Virus record (IMG/VR): IMGVR_UViG_2630968800_000004
DNA: 44,113 nucleotides
DNA from: a virus
Lineage: Duplodnaviria > Heunggongvirae > Uroviricota > Caudoviricetes
Direction: 5' to 3' (one strand)
The notes below the pieces were generated by a model. That model had not been told where the DNA came from, searched no databases, and saw only the letters and a list, made by a program, of their open reading frames with translations. The translations under genes were made by a program, and so were the position numbers. Shown here in pieces: positions 1 through 10,066 of the stretch (positions within the stretch are counted from its first letter, which is position 1; every line of letters starts with the position of its first letter).

Positions 1-436
1 ATGAAGCGTGAAGAAATCGCTGATCTGATGGCGTTTGTCGTCGTTGCAGAGGAGCGTAGCTTCACTCGCGCAGCAGCCCGCCTGAGCATGGTGCAGTCAG
101 CTTTAAGCCAGATAGTGCGCCGTATAGAAGAACGATTGGGATTGCGGCTTCTGACGCGAACCACGCGCAGCGTTGTACCCACTGAAGCGGGCGAGCATCT
201 TTTGTCTGTTCTTGGCCCTATATTGCATGACATAGATTCTGCCCTGACATCCCTGAGCGATCTGCAGAACCGCCCATCCGGGACAATACGTATTACTACT
301 GTAGAACATGCAGCAAAAACGATATTGTTACCAGCCATGCGCACATTCCTGAAATCGCATCCTGAAATTGATATTCAGCTTACCATTGATTATGGTTTGA
401 CCGATGTCGTTTCTGAACGTTTTGATGCAGGCGTCC
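1..436 (+). pseudogene. LysR-family transcriptional regulator, N-terminal HTH and part of effector domain; 3' end replaced by IS600
   Basis: ORF 1..483 has a LysR-type HTH (SFTRAAARLSMVQSALSQIVRRIEERLGLRLL); the reading frame runs into the IS600 terminus at 437. Confidence 0.7.
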
Positions 437-479
437 TGAGGTGTACTGGCAATAGCGGATACTACCATTTGTTCTTTTT

Positions 480-1298
480 TTAAGCAGCCATCTGATGATA
501 TTTTTCCCTGAAGGCTGCCGGGGAGATATTCCCCAGACGAGAGTGACGACGCTGACGATTGTAGAAAATCTCAATGTATTCCCGTATTACTGAGATGGCT
601 TCATCCCGGTTATTAAAACGATAGTGGCTCAGGCTCTCATTTTTCAGCGTTCCCCAGAAGCTTTCCATCGGAGCGTTGTCGTAACAGTTACCTTTACGCG
701 ACATTGATGTTTTCAGACCAGACTGCTCCTGTATGACCCGGTAATCGTATGCGCAGTACTGTGAACCTCGATCAGAGTGGTGGATTAGCCCGGCAGGTGG
801 GCGCTGGCTCCTGAGCGCCATAAACAGGGCTTTACCTGTCAGCTCTTTTGTCATGCGCTCTCCCATGGCGTAGCCGACAATTTCGCACGTATAAACATCT
901 TTGATGCCAGCGAGGTACAACCATCCCTCCTGTGTGGCAACATACGTCAGGTCCGCCACCCAGACCTGATTTGGTGCTGTAGGAGCGAACGTCTGGTTCA
1001 GCAGATTTGGCGCAACTGGCAGATTGTGGTTCGGGTTCGTAGTCGCTCTGAACTTGCGTTTCTGCTTACAGCGTAGCCTCAGCTCCTTACGAAGACGTGC
1101 CAGTCGGTCACGACCAACGATGATGCCATTCTCTGCCAGCTCCGTCTGGAGCCGCCGGGTTCCATATGTTTCGCGAGTGCGGATATGTGCCACCTTAATC
1201 TCCAGTTTTAGCCGCTCATCACTTTGTTTTCTGTCTGAGGGTTCATGCTGTACCCAGTTGTAATAACCGCTCCTGGATACACCAAATACCTGACACAT
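480..1298 (-). CDS. IS600 OrfB, DDE transposase catalytic subunit
   Basis: 272-aa ORF with rve-type integrase core; repeated 5 times in the window. Confidence 0.85.
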   Translation of the reverse strand: MCQVFGVSRSGYYNWVQHEPSDRKQSDERLKLEIKVAHIRTRETYGTRRLQTELAENGIIVGRDRLARLRKELRLRCKQKRKFRATTNPNHNLPVAPNLLNQTFAPTAPNQVWVADLTYVATQEGWLYLAGIKDVYTCEIVGYAMGERMTKELTGKALFMALRSQRPPAGLIHHSDRGSQYCAYDYRVIQEQSGLKTSMSRKGNCYDNAPMESFWGTLKNESLSHYRFNNRDEAISVIREYIEIFYNRQRRHSRLGNISPAAFREKYHQMAA

Positions 1299-1333
1299 CG
1301 CTTCAATGGGAAATTGTTGTCGCCATTGTTCGA

Positions 1334-1636
1334 TTAACGCGTATTTTTCAGCGACTCCTGTGCAAAATACGCTGTTGCTTTTTTTAATATATCTCGCTCA
1401 AGGCGAGCTTCATTTAACGCCTTACGCAGTTGCAGAATTTCAGATTCCAGTTCAGCCAGCGTGCGGGAACCAGGAGTACCGAGCCCTTTTCTGGCGGCGG
1501 TAACCCATTGTCCTAAAGTGCCTTCAGGAAGGGATAATCGGGAAGCGCCTTCACTGATTGAAAGTTGATTTTCAAGAACCGTTCTGACAGCTTCGGCTTT
1601 GAACTCTTTAGAGTAACGTTGGGTTTTTCTGCTCAT
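1334..1636 (-). CDS. IS600 OrfA, transposase HTH subunit
   Basis: 100-aa [21 protein letters not shown]..., IS3-family orfA signature. Confidence 0.85.
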   Translation of the reverse strand: MSRKTQRYSKEFKAEAVRTVLENQLSISEGASRLSLPEGTLGQWVTAARKGLGTPGSRTLAELESEILQLRKALNEARLERDILKKATAYFAQESLKNTR

Positions 1637-2163
1637 TATTAGCTCCTTCTGATGCCATTCTATTTCAGGAAGGAGTGTCCGTTAAACTCAGGCTACCTCA
1701 CTTATTCTAAGCAACCGGGTAGCATCATACGGGGCAATTATGGCCGCATTACCATACATGCAACTGTACATAGCTGATTACCTGGCTGACACCATGCATT
1801 TGTCAGCAGAGGAGCACGGCGCGTATTTGTTGCTGATGTTCAATTACTGGCAAACAGGAAAGCCAATACCCAAAAACAGGTTGGCAAAAATTGCCCGTCT
1901 GACTAACGAGCGATGGGTTGATGTTGAACCATCCTTGCGGGAGTTTTTTTGTGATAACGGCGACGAATGGATGCATCTTCGGATTGAGGAAGATCTGGCA
2001 TCTGTCAGAGAAAAATTAACCAAAAAATCAGCCGCAGGAAAAGCATCTGTTCAGGCCAGAAGAAGCAGAAAGGAAGCAGATGTTCAAACAAAACAAGAGA
2101 GAAATTTAACAGGTGTTCAAACAGATGTTGGAGTGGTGTTCGAACATGATGCTGGATTTGCCC

Positions 2164-3069
2164 TTATATTTCCAGACATCTGTTATCACTTAACCCATTA
2201 CAAGCCCGCTGCCGCAGATATTCCCGTGGCGAGCGATAACCCAGCGCACTATGCGGATGCCATTCGTTATAATGCTCGAACGCCTCTGCAAGGTTCTTTG
2301 CTGCCGTTAACCCGTCTGGTTTGGGCATGATACTGATGTAGTCACGCTTTATCGTTTTCACGAAGCTCTCTGCTATTCCGTTACTCTCCGGACTCCGCAC
2401 CGCCGTGTTCTTCGGTTCAAGTCCCAACATCCGGGCGAACTGGCGTGTTTCATTAGCCCGGTAGCATGAACCATTATCCGTCAGCCACTCCACTGGAGAC
2501 GACGGAAGATCGTTGCCGAAGCGGCGTTCCACCGCTCCCAGCATGACGTCCTGTACTGTTTCACTGTTGAAGCCGCCGGTAGTCCCCGCCCAGTGCAGTG
2601 CCTCACGATCACAGCAGTCCAGCGCGAACGTGACACGCAGTCTCTCTCCGTTATCACAGCAGAACTCGAACCCGTCAGAGCACCATCGCTGATTGCTTTC
2701 TTTCACGGCCACTCTGCCTGTATGTGCCCGTTTCGATGGCGGTACAGCAGGTTTTCGCTCAAGCAACAGCGCATTCTGGCGCATGAGCCGGTAAACACGT
2801 TTGGCATTGATCGCAGGCATACCATCAAGTTCTGCCTGTCTGCGAAGCAGCGCCCATACCCGACGATAACCATACGTGGGCAGCTCTCCGATAACATGGT
2901 GTATACGGAGAAGCACATCCGTATCATCAGTGTGACGACTGCGGCGGCCATCCATCCAGTCATCGGTTCGTCTGAGAATGACGTGCAACTGCGCACGCGA
3001 CACCCGGAGACAACGGCTGACTAAGCTTACTCCCCATCCCCGGGCAATAAGGGCGCGTGCGCTATCCAC
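2164..3069 (-). CDS. insD: IS2 InsD (orfB) transposase
   Basis: 301-aa [35 protein letters not shown]... Confidence 0.85.
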
Positions 3070-3392
3070 TTTTTTGCCCGTCCATATTCAACGGCTTCTT
3101 TGAGGAGTTCATTTTCCATCGTTTTCTTGCCGAGCAGGCGCTGGAGTTCTTTAATCTGCTTCATGGCGGCAGCAAGTTCAGAGGCAGGAACAACCTGTTC
3201 TCCGGCGGCCACAGCAGTAAGACTTCCTTCCTGGTATTGCTTACGCCAGAGAAATAACTGGCTGGCTGCTACACCATGTTGCCGGGCAACGAGGGAGACC
3301 GTCATCCCCGGTTCAAAGCTCTGCTGAACAATTGCGATCTTTTCCTGTGTGGTACGCCGTCTGCGTTTCTCCGGCCCTAAGACATCAATAAT
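3027..3392 (-). CDS. insC: IS2 InsC (orfA); canonical ATG is ATT in this copy (EQIIDVLG versus EQMIDVLG in copy 2)
   Basis: ORF 3027..3437 contains the InsC sequence [25 protein letters not shown]... Confidence 0.65.
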
Positions 3393-4230
3393 CTGTTCTC
3401 CAATGACAAGTCTAAAAACTGGTATTAAGACTATCACTTAAATAAGTGATACTGGTTGTCTGGAGATTCAGGGGGCCAGTCTAGATGCCAACACAAAGGC
3501 AACTAATAAAGATACAGATAAAGATCTAAAAACAGATCTAACCCATCCCAAACCCTTCCCTTCCGGAAGGGAGTTTCGGGATTTTGTGGCTGGAGTGCTT
3601 GAGGGGAGATTATCTGGCGGTACTGCAGCGGAATTTTGTAATTCTGCGGTGGTTGCGTTGCAGGCTGCTGGCCTGGATGTCTGTCGTGAGTATCCGGTGC
3701 CAGAGCGTGGTGACGGTTGCGGAGGGCGGATTGATATCGTCGTGACTGACAGGAACGGTGTCCGGTGTGGGATCGAGCTTGACCGAAATTCTCCGCGACA
3801 GAAATCACTGCTCAAAATCGGTGCTGTTGAAACCGGGATATGTGTCTTGCGGCGCAGTGATATCGCAAGGCACACCGAGCAGGGAATTCTGGTTATCGGT
3901 GGGGCTGTTCGCCAGAAAAAATTTGACCCGTTGTCAGTTGATCTGCCCGACTGGTTGTCAGAAACACTCTGGCATGAGTGGGTCCAGTTCAGGCAGGCAT
4001 TGCGAAAACCGATTCGAACGGAGCTGGGCGCTAACGGGGCGATACGGGAACTGGAAAAATTCCGTCAGCAGGGTTTTACACCTGAGCAGGTGATTCGACA
4101 CAGCATCGCCAATGAATACCAGGGTCTGTTCGCGCCGAAAGGTGTTCGGCCTGAGACGTTGCTCCGACAGGTTAACACCGTCTCGTTGCCGGACAGTGCG
4201 ATCCCGCCAGGCTTCAGGGGGTAACAGACC

Positions 4231-4977
4231 ATGAAAAATATTGCGACAGGAGGCGTTCTGGAGCGTATCCGCAGACTGACCCCACCACATGTAACCGCCC
4301 CATTCAGAACGGTTGCGGAGTGGCGCGAGTGGCAACTTGCTGAAGGCCAGAAACGTTGCGAGGAGATCAACCGCCTGAATCGTCAGTTGCGGGTGGAAAA
4401 AATCCTGAACCGCTCCGGCATCCAGCCGTTGCACCGGAAGTGTTCGCTTGCGAATTACCGGGCGCAGAACGACGGTCAGCGACATGCACTGAGTCAGGCG
4501 AAATCCATAGCTGACGAACTGATGACAGGCTGTACGAATTTTGTGTTCAGCGGTAAGCCCGGCACCGGAAAAAATCATCTTGCAGCCGCGATTGGCAACC
4601 GGCTGATGGCGAAGGGGCGTAGCGTGATTATCGTCACCGTGTCCGATGTCATGAGCGTGTTGCATGAGAGCTACGACAACGGCAAATCCGGTGAAAAATT
4701 TTTACAGGAGCTTTGTGGTGTTGACCTGCTGGTCCTGGATGAAATTGGCATGCAGCGGGATACGAAAAACGAGCAGGTGGTACTGAACCAGATTGTTGAT
4801 CGCCGGACGGCATCGTTACGCGGTGTGGGGATGCTGACAAATATTAACCATGCAGCGATGAATACACTTCTCGGCGAGCGGGTGATGGATCGCATGGTCA
4901 TGAACGGCGGGCGCTGGGTGAATTTTAACTGGGAGAGCTGGCGTCCGAATGTTAGCCATTCGAGGGTTGTTAAGTAG
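4231..4977 (+). CDS. DnaC/IstB-like AAA+ helicase loader (phage replication protein)
   Basis: Walker A GKPGTGKNHLAAAIG, Walker B LLVLDEIG; GGGGG RBS upstream; follows the replication-initiator-like gene. Confidence 0.8.
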   Translation: MKNIATGGVLERIRRLTPPHVTAPFRTVAEWREWQLAEGQKRCEEINRLNRQLRVEKILNRSGIQPLHRKCSLANYRAQNDGQRHALSQAKSIADELMTGCTNFVFSGKPGTGKNHLAAAIGNRLMAKGRSVIIVTVSDVMSVLHESYDNGKSGEKFLQELCGVDLLVLDEIGMQRDTKNEQVVLNQIVDRRTASLRGVGMLTNINHAAMNTLLGERVMDRMVMNGGRWVNFNWESWRPNVSHSRVVK

Positions 4978-4991
4978 TTTCAGGAGGATTT

Positions 4992-5414
4992 ATGGCGAAA
5001 CCTTTTACTCCCGAACAGCGGGAAGAACTGAAGACGCGAATTGTGGAACTCGTGCATCAGGACGGTCGGGTCACGATTCGGCAGTTGTCCGATGAAACAG
5101 GTATCAGTCGTGCGTCTGTCGGTCGCTTATGCATAGAACTGGTCGCAAGTGGTGATGTATATAATTCTGGCTACGGCTTATTCCCGTCTGAACAGGCTCG
5201 CAAGGACTGGCAAAGCGCCCGCAAAAAACTCTCGAGAGTAAAGGTGAGGAAACCGGTTGTTGTTGATCCGGACCTTATCTGGTCATTACCTGACGGAGAA
5301 ATACGCCGCTACGACAGGCGCCTGAATATAATCTGTCGCGAGTGCCGGAAGAGCGAAGCTATGCAGCGTGTACTGGCTTTCTATCAGGGTAATTTTCAGG
5401 AGGCGATACTGTGA
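4992..5414 (+). CDS. Hypothetical phage protein, possible HTH
   Basis: 140-aa ORF with AGGAGG RBS, tightly packed in the same operon. Confidence 0.45.
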   Translation: MAKPFTPEQREELKTRIVELVHQDGRVTIRQLSDETGISRASVGRLCIELVASGDVYNSGYGLFPSEQARKDWQSARKKLSRVKVRKPVVVDPDLIWSLPDGEIRRYDRRLNIICRECRKSEAMQRVLAFYQGNFQEAIL

Positions 5415-5471
5415 ATGAAATTAGCTATCAGGCTTCAATTACCGCTGGCATTCGCATCAAAGGAGAGGAGC

Positions 5472-5828
5472 ATGGAAATAAAACCAGAAGATGAGTTAAG
5501 CAATATCGTTTTATTTCCGATAAAAGAGGATGACCCTCGTAATCAGGTTAATTTTCTTTATAAGCCATCGGAAAGACCATATTGCCATCACGCCTCTGTA
5601 CGGGTTGACGAAAAAGAGCGTCAGGTCCGCTGTAAAATCTGCGGTGCGGTTGTGGAGCCGTTTGACTGGATGCTCTCTGTGGCAAAAAGAGAAACCAGAC
5701 TGGCAGATGATGTAAGGCTATTGCGCCAGGAGGAACAGGAAAGGCGGAGAAATATAGAAAAGCTGATACAGATTGAGCGTAACGCGAAAGCGCGGATACG
5801 CAGGGCGACAAAATCCAGAACTGAATAA
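5472..5828 (+). CDS. Hypothetical phage protein with CxxC-type zinc-ribbon-like motif
   Basis: ORF 5415..5828; internal ATG at 5472 has a GGAGAGGAG RBS; CHHASVRVDEKERQVRCKIC motif. Confidence 0.4.
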   Translation: MEIKPEDELSNIVLFPIKEDDPRNQVNFLYKPSERPYCHHASVRVDEKERQVRCKICGAVVEPFDWMLSVAKRETRLADDVRLLRQEEQERRRNIEKLIQIERNAKARIRRATKSRTE

Positions 5829-6140
5829 TTAAATTTAGCACTGTTAAAAATTTAATCCTTAACCGGAGGGATTTCTGCACCCTCAAATCATCAGGAGACC
5901 GCCCGAAAGGGCGGTAATGAATGGTTACATTATTTAGAAAAAAATATCCGCGAAAGAGTAGAACAACAGAATTCCTGTTTCTCATTCTGTTTATCGTGTT
6001 GATGACACCGATATCCCCGCAAATTTTTGTCTGGATAATCGGAAAAATAATTGAGCCAGTTATTGAATTGTATAACGACGTGGTATGGGCGTCATTCAAC
6101 ACACTGCACAATAAAATTAATCCGTATAAGGAAAGCTGAT

Positions 6141-6506
6141 ATGGCACTGACGAAAAAACAACGTGCAGAACTGCGCATGAAGTTCGGTGGTCGCTGCGCT
6201 TATTGCGGCTGCGAACTTGGCGAAAAGTGGCATGCAGACCATGTAAAACCGGTCATTCGTTTTGATGGAAATATGCTTCACCAGGAACGTGACGATATAT
6301 CCAACATGGTACCAGAATGCCACCCATGCAATCTGCACAAGCATTGCAGTAGCCTGGAAGATTATCGACGAATTATCAGTGATGGTCGTCGTGAATTCCT
6401 TGCGTCCGGGAAAGGCAAAGCGCTGGTTCGTATGGGATTGGTTGAAATGAAATCTGACCCGGTTGTGTTCTGGTTTGAAAAATATCAAGAAGGGGCTACG
6501 GCATGA
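6141..6506 (+). CDS. HNH endonuclease
   Basis: CAYCGC...HADHVKP...N...CHPCNLHK motif; ATG at 6141 with AAGGAAAG RBS. Confidence 0.7.
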   Translation: MALTKKQRAELRMKFGGRCAYCGCELGEKWHADHVKPVIRFDGNMLHQERDDISNMVPECHPCNLHKHCSSLEDYRRIISDGRREFLASGKGKALVRMGLVEMKSDPVVFWFEKYQEGATA

Positions 6507-7168
6507 CTACTATTACCAAAGAGCGACTGCAATGGCTGGCTAACATTTCTGGCCGCGATGATATTGACGATATAGACGGCGGTGAAATTCGTGAACTGGC
6601 GCTTATCGCTCTGGCATCACTGGAAGCAGAGCCTGTAGCGGAATGCATTGTTGAAGATGGGGGCATGTGTATTGATGGGTTCGGTGAGTATGTGGGTCAC
6701 TCGCTGCCTGATGGAATGCATGAGCTTTATGCTGCCCCGCGAATGCGACAACCTGATGGATGGAAAGCCGTAGCTGTAGCGTGGAAGGTGACGTTTACTC
6801 AAGTTGACCAGGAATCTAATACGTTCACTGCTATATATTTTTACAAAGCGGAAGTTGAGCGTTGGGTACGACTGCATAAAGCATGTGATTTTCGGGCAGA
6901 TATAACACCGCTTTACGCAGCGCCGGCAGTGCCGGTTGCAGTAAACGACGACATGGCTTACGCATTCCATCACGCACTGTCAGATTCATCGCTTGGCTCT
7001 GATGAAATCGAAGAAATTAAAACCGGTTTGCGTGCTGCCTTTGCCAACGTCACTATCCAACCAGAGCCGATAGTGCCGGATGAAATCGGGCCAAACGATA
7101 GTAATACGTTTGATTATGTTGATGGCTGGAACGCCTGCCGCGCTGCCATGCTTAAGGGAGATAAATAA
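6503..7168 (+). CDS. Hypothetical phage protein
   Basis: 221-aa ORF whose start overlaps the upstream stop (ATGA), operon-like packing. Confidence 0.45.
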   Translation: MTTITKERLQWLANISGRDDIDDIDGGEIRELALIALASLEAEPVAECIVEDGGMCIDGFGEYVGHSLPDGMHELYAAPRMRQPDGWKAVAVAWKVTFTQVDQESNTFTAIYFYKAEVERWVRLHKACDFRADITPLYAAPAVPVAVNDDMAYAFHHALSDSSLGSDEIEEIKTGLRAAFANVTIQPEPIVPDEIGPNDSNTFDYVDGWNACRAAMLKGDK

Positions 7169-7533
7169 TGATTAATCGAACCAAACTGGAGCACATTCTC
7201 GAATATGCCAGGCAGCAGAAATGTATTGGGCAACTTTGTAAAATTCCACCAGGAGATATGGTTGAAATCGTGGAAATGGCCATGCGTAAGGCTGGCAACT
7301 CTCCGGTAACTCTGGCTGGCTGGATAAGCTGTAGTGATGCAGTTCCTGCTGAATATTGCGATGTGATTCTTCTCGATGATCTCGGGAATGTATTCCCCGG
7401 TTCCTGGGATAAGGTTTTTTGCCCCACTCGTGGCGGGAATAAGATGGCTTTTGTGGACAAAGACGGCGTTGAAGTAGAGAGCTCAACTCACTGGATGCCG
7501 CTACCGGAACCACCGCAGGAGGTGAATCAATGA
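7168..7533 (+). CDS. Hypothetical phage protein (nin-region type)
   Basis: 121-aa ORF, overlapping start/stop with neighbours. Confidence 0.45.
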   Translation: MINRTKLEHILEYARQQKCIGQLCKIPPGDMVEIVEMAMRKAGNSPVTLAGWISCSDAVPAEYCDVILLDDLGNVFPGSWDKVFCPTRGGNKMAFVDKDGVEVESSTHWMPLPEPPQEVNQ

Positions 7534-7613
7534 CCTGGCCTGAGGCATTCACCACGGTAGGAATTGCGATGGCGGTGGCGCTGGTGGTGTATTCGATTTG
7601 CCGTTGGGGTTAA
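7530..7613 (+). CDS. Small hydrophobic peptide (27 aa)
   Basis: AGGAGG RBS 8 nt upstream of ATG; single predicted transmembrane stretch; followed by a terminator. Confidence 0.3.
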   Translation: MTWPEAFTTVGIAMAVALVVYSICRWG

Positions 7614-7623
7614 CAAACAAAAA

Positions 7624-7650
7624 CCCCGGATTGATGGTCCGGGGTTTTTG
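7624..7650 (+). terminator. Rho-independent terminator
   Basis: CCCCGGA-ttgatgg-TCCGGGG stem followed by TTTTT. Confidence 0.5.
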
Positions 7651-7987
7651 AAGGAAACAAAACAGAAACAGCAATTGCCGTTACCTGTTGTTACCATGGC
7701 AAGTAAACGTATCTCAGGCGAGCGCATTGCGCCGTTCTGACGCAGATAAATTAGCCTGGATAGAAGGTGCTGGCAATAAAAAATAGCGTTTTCTTATCGG
7801 TATCGGTAAGATTGCTGCGGGTGCTTGAGGCTGTCTGCCTCGGGCATGCCACTGTAAGGCAGACAGAGAAAAGCCCCAGTTAACATTACGCGTCCTGCAA
7901 GACGCTTAACATTAATCTGAGGCCCAATCTATGTCTCACAAATGTAGGTTAGCCTCTTACGTGCCGAAAGGCAAGGAGAAGCAGGCT

Positions 7988-8143
7988 ATGAAGCAGCAAA
8001 AGGCGATGTTAATCGCCCTGATCGTCATCTGTTTAACCGTCATAGTGACGGCACTGGTAACGAGGAAAGACCTCTGCGAGGTACGAATCCGAACCGGCCA
8101 GACGGAGGTCGCTGTCTTCACAGCTTACGAACCTGAGGAGTAA
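7988..8143 (+). CDS. hok: Hok/Gef-family type I toxin (HokD/RelF-like, 51 aa); overlapping mok-like frame starts at 7931
   Basis: MKQQKAMLIALIVICLTVIVTALVTRKDLCEVRIRTGQTEVAVFTAYEPEE; AGGAG RBS; structured leader upstream. Confidence 0.8.
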   Translation: MKQQKAMLIALIVICLTVIVTALVTRKDLCEVRIRTGQTEVAVFTAYEPEE

Positions 8144-8212
8144 GAGACCAGGCGGGGGAGAAATCCCTCGCCACCTCTCATGTGTCAGGCATCCTCAACG
8201 CACCCGCACTAA

Positions 8213-8234
8213 ACCCGCTTCGGCGGGTTTTTTG
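8213..8234 (+). terminator. Rho-independent terminator after hok
   Basis: CCCGC-ttcg-GCGGG followed by TTTTTTT. Confidence 0.5.
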
Positions 8235-8379
8235 TTGCGTGCTGAATACGCAGGGTGAAAAATAACCATATATTTGATTATATACACAACAAAAAATAAA
8301 AGTCATTGTACTTGCACATTAAACAATCAAATATACGGCGTGAAATAAATATTTATCAGATTAATATTTTTGTCTCTAT

Positions 8380-8631
8380 GTGGATATAACCGTTTGTACT
8401 TATAAACCTGGGGGCATCGTGGAAAAAATAAAGAAACTATTTAGTAGCAAATACGCAGTCATACGTCGTGATGACCTGTCAGTTATAGTCGAAATGGATT
8501 ACTTCCCTGAAACCCCAAAATCAATAATGTATCGTAATGGTCGAAAGGCAATTTTTTTACCGATGAGGGTAAGTGACATTATGGGAAATGATAAACTGCT
8601 GGATGAATTGCGAGTCAGAGCATCCTGTTAG
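8380..8631 (+). CDS. Hypothetical small protein (possible start at GTG 8419)
   Basis: ORF preceded by AT-rich promoter-like DNA; its TAG stop lies inside the IS1 target duplication. Confidence 0.3.
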   Translation: MDITVCTYKPGGIVEKIKKLFSSKYAVIRRDDLSVIVEMDYFPETPKSIMYRNGRKAIFLPMRVSDIMGNDKLLDELRVRASC

Positions 8632-8648
8632 TAGGTAATGACTCCAAC

Positions 8649-9139
8649 TTACTGATAGTGTTTTATGTTCAGATAATGCCCGATGACCTTGTCATGCAGC
8701 TCCACCGATTTTGAGAACGACAGTGACTTCCGTCCCAGCCTTGCCAGATGTTGTCTCAGCTTCAGATTATGTCGCTCAATGCGCTGAGTGTAACGCTTGC
8801 TGATAACGTGCAGCTTTCCCTTCAGGCGTGATTCATACAGCGGCCAGCCATCCGTCATCCATACCACGACCTCAAACTCAGAAGACGCTCCAGTGTGGCC
8901 AGAGTGCGTTCACCGAAGACGTGCGCCACAACCGTCCTCCGTATCCTGTCATACGCGTAAAACAGCCAGCGCTGACGTGATTTAGCACCGACGTAGCCCC
9001 AATGTTCGTCCATTTCAGCGCAGACAATCACATCACTGCCCGGTTGTATGCGCGAGGTTACCGACTGCGGCCTGAGTTTTTTAAGTGACGTAAAACCGTG
9101 TTGAGGCCAACGCCCATAATGCGTGCACTGGCGCGACAT
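8649..9139 (-). pseudogene. insB: IS1 insB disrupted by the 13-bp deletion
   Basis: InsB sequence split into two ORFs (94 aa and 72 aa). Confidence 0.7.
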
Positions 9140-9333
9140 CCGACGCCATTCATGGCCATATCAATGATTTTCTGGTGCGTACCGGGCTGAGAGGCGGTGT
9201 AAGTGAACTGTAGTTGCCATGTTTTACGGCAATGAGAGCAGAGATAGCGCTGATGTCCGGCAGTGCTTTTGCCGTTACGCACCACGCCTTCAGTAGCGGA
9301 GCAGGAAGGACATCTGATGGAAATGGAAGCCAC
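9058..9333 (-). CDS. insA: IS1 InsA
   Basis: 91-aa [35 protein letters not shown]... Confidence 0.85.
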   Translation of the reverse strand: MASISIRCPSCSATEGVVRNGKSTAGHQRYLCSHCRKTWQLQFTYTASQPGTHQKIIDMAMNGVGCRASARIMGVGLNTVLRHLKNSGRSR

Positions 9334-9466
9334 GCAAGCACCTTAAAATCACCATCATACACTAAATCAGTAAGTTGGCAGCATTACCCTGTTAGTATTG
9401 GCATTAATTCTGGTATACTACATAACGGGCTGAACACCCATTCTACTGCGCCAGCGGAGAACTACG

Positions 9467-10066
9467 ATGGCGCATATACAACTGGTCAAACAAACCTCTT
9501 CCGGATTACTTCTCCCGGCGACGCCGGAGAGTTGCGATTTTTTGCATCAAATCAAAATAGGTGAGTGGATACACGCAGACTTTAAGCGTGTGCGTAACTA
9601 CGCATTCCACAAGCGTTTTTTCAAACTCCTGCAACTGGGATTTGATTACTGGACTCCGGTCGGTGGGGCGATCACGCCTCGCGAACGAAAACTGGTATCA
9701 GGCTTCGTTGATTACCTGTGCGAATCAGTAGGTCGGGAACACACTCCAGCCCTGAGTGATGCCGCAGAGCAATACCTTAATACAGTTGCGACATGCAGAA
9801 CCCGGGATACGGCATTGCTAAAGTCGTTTGACGCTTTCCGCGAGTGGGTAACCATTCAGGCCGGATTTTACACCGAGCATATTTATCCTGATGGTAGTCG
9901 TGGGCGCAGGGCAAAATCTATCGCATTTGCGAACATGGACGAAACCGAGTTTCAGCAGGTTTATAAATCTGTACTGAATGTGCTGTGGAACTGGATCCTG
10001 TTCCGTAAATTTTCCTCTCCGGAGGAAGTCGAAAATGTGGCCGCGCAGTTACTGGAGTTTGCGTAA
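9467..10066 (+). CDS. Lambdoid nin-region protein, uncharacterised
   Basis: 199-aa ORF upstream of YbcO-like and Q-like genes. Confidence 0.45.
   Translation: MAHIQLVKQTSSGLLLPATPESCDFLHQIKIGEWIHADFKRVRNYAFHKRFFKLLQLGFDYWTPVGGAITPRERKLVSGFVDYLCESVGREHTPALSDAAEQYLNTVATCRTRDTALLKSFDAFREWVTIQAGFYTEHIYPDGSRGRRAKSIAFANMDETEFQQVYKSVLNVLWNWILFRKFSSPEEVENVAAQLLEFA

Larger units (their letters stand above)
437..1700 (-). mobile_element. IS600 (IS3 family), 1264 bp, copy 1; no target-site duplication (flanks TCC / CTT)
   Basis: Termini TGAGGTAGCCTGAGTTTAAC (revcomp at 1681-1700) and TGAGGTGTACTGGCAATAGCGG at 437; orfA/orfB identical to the other IS600 copies in the window. Confidence 0.9.
2153..3483 (-). 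mobile_element. IS2, 1331 bp, copy 1; simple insertion with 5-bp TSD GATGC
   Basis: Ends TGGATTTGCCC... (2153) and ...GGGGGCCAGTCTA (3483); GATGC at 2148-2152 and 3484-3488. Confidence 0.9.
1740..4224 (+). pseudogene. Phage replication-initiation-type protein (YdaU/DUF1376-like N-terminus) split by IS2; parts 1740-2152 and 3489-4224
   Basis: N-terminal ORF MAALPYMQLYIADYLADTMHLSAEEHGAYLLL; removing IS2 plus one TSD copy joins 2152 to 3489 in the same frame; sits directly upstream of a DnaC-like gene. Confidence 0.6.
8634..9388 (-). mobile_element. IS1 copy 1, 755 bp with 13-bp internal deletion; simple insertion with 9-bp TSD CTGTTAGTA
   Basis: IS1 ends GGTAATGCTGCCAACTTACTGAT / GGTAATGACTCCAACTTA; CTGTTAGTA at 8625-8633 and 9389-9397; CCTGCTGTCGGCC missing relative to the other three copies. 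Confidence 0.9.

Noticed and set aside
1024-1503. Antisense ORFs inside IS600 (79 aa and 65 aa), recurring in every copy
   Set aside because: They lie entirely antisense to orfA/orfB, have no RBS and recur only because the IS is repeated.
2593-3327. ORFs antisense to IS2 insC/insD (143, 97, 66 and 75 aa), duplicated at 34424-35158
   Set aside because: Embedded in the opposite strand of known transposase genes; no independent support.
3468-4665. Long minus-strand ORFs (135, 101, 235 and 101 aa) overlapping the replication genes
   Set aside because: Fully overlapped by the better-supported plus-strand replication-gene frames that continue across the IS2 site and the DnaC-like gene.
5921-6139. 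72-aa hydrophobic ORF upstream of the HNH gene
   Set aside because: No convincing RBS and it overlaps the HNH gene's likely promoter region; kept out of the feature list as unsupported.
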